Shown: in pieces, positions 59,900 through 64,000 of the stretch
How the letters are laid out: each line of letters opens with the position of its first letter
Numbering within the stretch: position 1 is the stretch's first letter
NCBI GenBank assembly: GCA_965112735.1
Contig: OZ218965.1
Span: 806,001-870,000 of the forward strand
DNA from: Phaeosaccion multiseriatum
Lineage: Eukaryota > Protista > Ochrophyta, other classes
Direction: 5' to 3'
DNA length: 64,000 nt
Notes under the pieces: model-generated
What the model was told of the DNA's origin: nothing
What the model saw: the letters and a program-made list of their open reading frames with translations, nothing else
Databases searched by the model: none
Program-made: the position numbers and the translations under genes

Positions 59900-61128
59900 C
59901 TACTTGCCCATCCCCCCCCACCACGACTTGGCGTCCTCCTTGTCCTTCTCCTTGGCCGCCTTGGCCGCTGCCTCCTCCTCCGCCTTCTCCTCTCTACTCT
60001 TCAGTCCAAGTCTTTTCCCCAGCCACGACCCCGGGTAGTACGTCTGCAATACCCACCCGAATGTTGCGGTGGGGATTATGTCAATAAAGGGGATAGGTAA
60101 GACCTCCTCCCCTAGGGCCAGGCCCGCCAGGAAAGGGCTCTGGAACAGTTTGGCCACAACGAGCGCCTCAAAGGGCCCGTACACGAGTCCCTTGAGGAAC
60201 CCCAGGGGTGGAGGGAGGATGAGGGAAGCGTCCCCTCCAAGGTCGATCAGGATACAGACTACGAGTTTCACATATTCGATCGCCTCCAAGGGCGGCTCCT
60301 CGGGGACAGCCTTTGCCAAGGGTGTGGCCTCTGTTGTCAATGAGCATGACAAACGTGTAGTGGACGTCGAGGGAAGGAAGACGGGTAGGGTGCAGGAGTG
60401 AGCCGTAGCAAGGTGGTGGGTTGAATGCTTGTGCCTACTCCGGTCTGAATAGGAAGACATGTATGTAGCGAGTGTCGAGTAACCTCGCTCTATTCGCCAA
60501 CACATGTGAGTACGCCCTTCTTGAAGGAGGACCTCAGCGGACTGAGTGCCCCTCATGTGACGAGGCATGCCTTTGCGCTGCCGTCGTTGAAGGGCATAAC
60601 CCCCCCCCCATGCACCCACGTACCTCCTGATGCGTCGGCGAGGCTTGTGGAGTTCAGTGCGGTGCTTGTGGCGTTGCGCGCTACCTGAACCCCCTTCAGC
60701 ACAATCCTTCCTGGGGTGGGGAAGGCTCGGACGGCTGTCTTTGCACCCTCCTGCGAGTGTAGGGGCGGCGAAGAGCATGGGCAGGGCGATGAGGCTTAGG
60801 TTTATGCGTTGCGTTGTGTTGTTGGCAAAAGAGCCAAAGCACTCCTCAGTGTCGCCTCATTTTAACTCACCGGCAGTAGCGGACTCAGCACACTCAGCCC
60901 GACGAAAAGCGGGTTGTGCAGGAAGGAAAAATATGTGTCAGTGACGACCTTCCCCGTCTGGGCTACGTCAAGCGTATCGTGCACCACGGCAAGGGCTGTC
61001 GGTTCTCGCAAGGCCGAGGTGGCTCGTGATGGGGGCACATGAGGGGAAATGATGGGTGACATGAAAGCGGCACCGCAGTAGAGGCATGAAGACAGCACCG
61101 CCAGCACCAAAGCCAACAAAATCCTCAT
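59900..61128 (-). CDS. Hypothetical small membrane protein with putative plastid leader; internal exon structure uncertain
   Basis: Leader MRILLALVLAVLSSCLYCGAAFMSP. Last exon KLVVCILIDLGGDASLILP..YGPFEA..GEEVLPIPFIDIIPTATFGW, followed by a charged tail. Confidence 0.65.
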
Positions 61129-61449
61129 CTTCAAGAGGCACCCACACCTCCCAGCTTGTAGGAGAATGTTTGACACGTGGGAGACAGGTCGGATGATTTC
61201 TAGAGAGGAAATGACCTAGAGGAAAAGCGATCCGGGCAAGGTTTTATACCAGCTGTGAAGCGCGCACCAACACGCGAAGATAGGGAGTTTTTTTTGTATT
61301 TGTCCGAGCCAGAACGGAGGACATGAGGAGCGCCCTCGGCTGTGGATAGCATTTTGGCTGAAGAGTGTACTTGGCTTATGGTGCAAGAGGGAGAGTGGTG
61401 CTGCTGAAACATTTCCAAACGAATAGAGGAAAGTTGCAACTTGAACCCC

Positions 61450-63070
61450 ATGCCAACACCAACAAAGGTACCCTCGTCCAGGCGGCGGCAGAGAACGGGC
61501 GGCGGGATGATTGCTCGAAGTCCCCCGCTGCCAGATCACCAAAGAACGCTGTCTCCACCACCCACTCCGAGCTCGTCAACAGGGAGGTCAACGGGGCGAC
61601 GAGGACAGTCTCGGAACTCTCCCAGCAGAAAACTCGGCTACTGTCCTGAATTGCCGAGCAGGAGACCCCAGACCTCAGCAGTGCTTCCATCCCAGAGGAT
61701 GCAAGGACGGCTGAAGCAGCAGCAGCAGCTGCAGGGCGAGGGGATGGGAGGAGAAGGGTTGTTTAGCGGTAGGTCCCAGAACAGATGTGGCACGAGCGTG
61801 AGCGGACGCAGGCGAGCCAATGACCTGCTCTGGCAGAGCAAGAGCGAGAGAGTGTTCCGACCGTATATTCCAGATCAGGGCTGTGGCTTTTACACAACCA
61901 CACCTGAGTGCGAATTCAGCCGGGCATTTGCCGACGACAGCATTATACAACCAAGGTAAAGCAAGAGGAGTGACCATCCGACATCCTCCGGCCCTGAGAG
62001 GAGAGAAGAGGAGCGTGGGTCTCAAGAGGGGCCCACCCAGCAGTATCTTGTCCTCCAAATATGTCTTTCCAAAAAGTCACAGCGTTTCGCTCTGTATGCA
62101 CCCCTTAACGCATTCTTCCTCCTATGCTCAATACTACACGGTACCGACCGCTTCAGGTGGAACAAGGTTACCACGACTCCCGTTCAGGAGGCATCACGGA
62201 TAACGGGAGGGTTTGGGCGTCGACTGCAAAACGGATCAGAGAGTGTGGAGGTGAGGAAACGGAGACTGACCGAAGGCTCGCCGTTCCGCTCCCATGCATC
62301 TCGTTCCTGACCTGAACTGAACTGGGATGAAGGCCGACACAAGACAGAGGACTTCACTGAGGGCCTCGGGCCTCTACCCCCCAACCCACAGCCTTATGTC
62401 CAACCAAGCCCTCCTTTTACCTCACCATCTACCCTGCTCATTGCTCTGTGCTATCGGCGATTAGGCTCCCCCCTTTTGGAGCGGAGTCTCATCGGCCTAT
62501 CCCGTGGGTGGTCCTGTGACGTACCACCGGAAGCACACCTTCAAGCAGCTCGGCAAGCCCACAAGGAGAGAGGGACACGCCTTCACCGCCGTGTCATCCG
62601 ACTCCCCCTCCTTCTTCCAGCAGCGACACACTCAAGGTAAGCAGTCCCAAGCGGTGTGTGTGTGGAGCTCGCCAAGACGATCGGAAGGAGCCCTTGCTCG
62701 GGGCAGACGAGACGTTGACGAGAGGGGAGGCGAAGTACCAACAGGAGGAGGAGGGGGGCGAGATGATTGTGCTCTGAACTTTAGCAACATTCTCTTCTTC
62801 TCCTCGATTCCATACTCTCTGTATCCCGTACCGCATCTTAGATTCTTTCCTTGCCCCCCCCCCCCCCCCCTTGCTTGCTTGCTTGCTGGCTTGTTCCTTC
62901 GTGAAGTATACGGAACTACCCCCGAGGTCATTCCCCGGCCCGAGATGATGAAGGTGCTCGTGAGCAACTTGGTCCTGATGGAGCCGCTCGTGGACGCGCA
63001 AACCGTCAGGCCCCCCTTGGAGTGGGACGAGCAAGTCATGAATGCCCCTGTGGGTGTGGGCTCGTCGTGA
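61450..63070 (+). CDS. Hypothetical multi-exon protein
   Basis: Open first exon 61450-~61955 ending in GTAAAG; further GT-AG-bounded segments at ~62157-62210, ~62465-62636 and ~62900-63070. No recognisable domain. Confidence 0.4.
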
Positions 63071-64000
63071 AGGCCCAAGTGTTGAGAGGGGGGGGGAAGG
63101 TGGGAAGGCGAATCAGCCACAGGATAGATTAGCTTGATGGGCACACATCGCTCAGTCTTAGCGCAATGTACGCACAGTAGACCCAGCCTACACAGCAAGC
63201 CGGGAGGAGTAACATGTCTCAAAAGCGCTCCAAAATTGGGAGGGAAAGCTTCAGCATCTTGTTAGTTAAGCAGGCCTTCCTTTTCGTGCTCCGAGCTACA
63301 ATATCCCAAACAATGATAGGAGAAGTTAAATACTTAGTGCCATCTATGGTTTTCCCTACTAAGAGCAACTTCTCACCCGCCCCCGGGATTGAACCCCCGA
63401 GGCCGTGTCCCTCAGACTCGTCAGTCCTTCCCATTGGTACAAAGTTGATGCCAGCCAGAAGGATGTGTCTTTCGTGGCGTACCCTCTGGAGCGAGCGCCA
63501 TTGCCATCGACTGCCAAGCGCCTCCAAATTACGCAAACTGAGGCGTCATGTAGGCAGAAGTCCAGCGACTTGGCCGCCGAAAGTGATTTGGATCACCAAC
63601 ATGTGAATTTCGGGACAACCGTAACATTCTGTAACTGTGAGTGATGATGGTCCAAAGTGCTGAGGCAAGAAGAGTACAAATATAGATAGGAGAGTGCCAT
63701 AAGGCCAATAGGAGACCCATAGGGAGCATAGGTCTGGTAGTGCATTCTCTAAACTCCTTGAGTATTCTCGCGATTCAGCACACAGCACACCAACTAAAAT
63801 ACAACAACAGGTGGAAGGAAGTTTAAGCGAGCTTTCGGACAGAAGGAGCAACAAACACAGTGGCCCCTCCCCTCGAAGATTGTAGAGGTGGGTCGCTGGG
63901 AGCAGGAAGGCCATGGGCTGCTCTTCGAGCAAGGGACAGGTTGTGGAGAACGCCCAGCATCCTGGTGCTGTGCCCGGAGACAAATCGAGAGGCGCAGACG

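Noticed and set aside
63219-63983. Minus-strand ORFs at the right edge
   Set aside because: No recognisable motif. They could be the 3' end of a gene outside the window, but this cannot be supported.

Overview
Eukaryotic, intron-rich, GC-rich nuclear DNA, most likely from a photosynthetic stramenopile (ochrophyte). The evidence is signal peptide + ASAFVAP/AAFMSP plastid-targeting leaders, a CtpA-type S41 protease and a long PPR protein. Most ORFs in the six-frame track are artefacts of intronic microsatellites. Genes recovered by joining GT-AG exons by eye: RTEL1-like helicase (runs off the left edge), CtpA-like protease, three intronless FabL/FabI-type SDR paralogues, a 4-TM protein plus a frameshifted duplicate, a BRO1/ALIX-like protein ending in a UBA domain, a PPR protein, YIPF6, an amidohydrolase, lipoyl synthase, an RNI-like LRR protein and two hypothetical genes. 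A rearranged block (about 12.6-21.5 kb) holds a segmental duplication, a P-type ATPase pseudo-fragment, two 3' fragments of a CRE-like REL retrotransposon and a MITE. The most unusual observations are: (1) a dispersed DNA word CAGTTGGTGATACA, usually set in CAG/CTG tracts, found about 14 times in exons (three different frames/strands), introns and intergenic DNA; (2) two unrelated MITEs sharing 5'-TCGGCCC termini and perfect 6-bp target duplications; (3) divergent gene pairs with ATG-to-ATG spacing clustered at about 300-320 bp; (4) frameshifts dominated by 2-5 nt tandem duplications. All exon boundaries and family calls were made by eye, without database searches.
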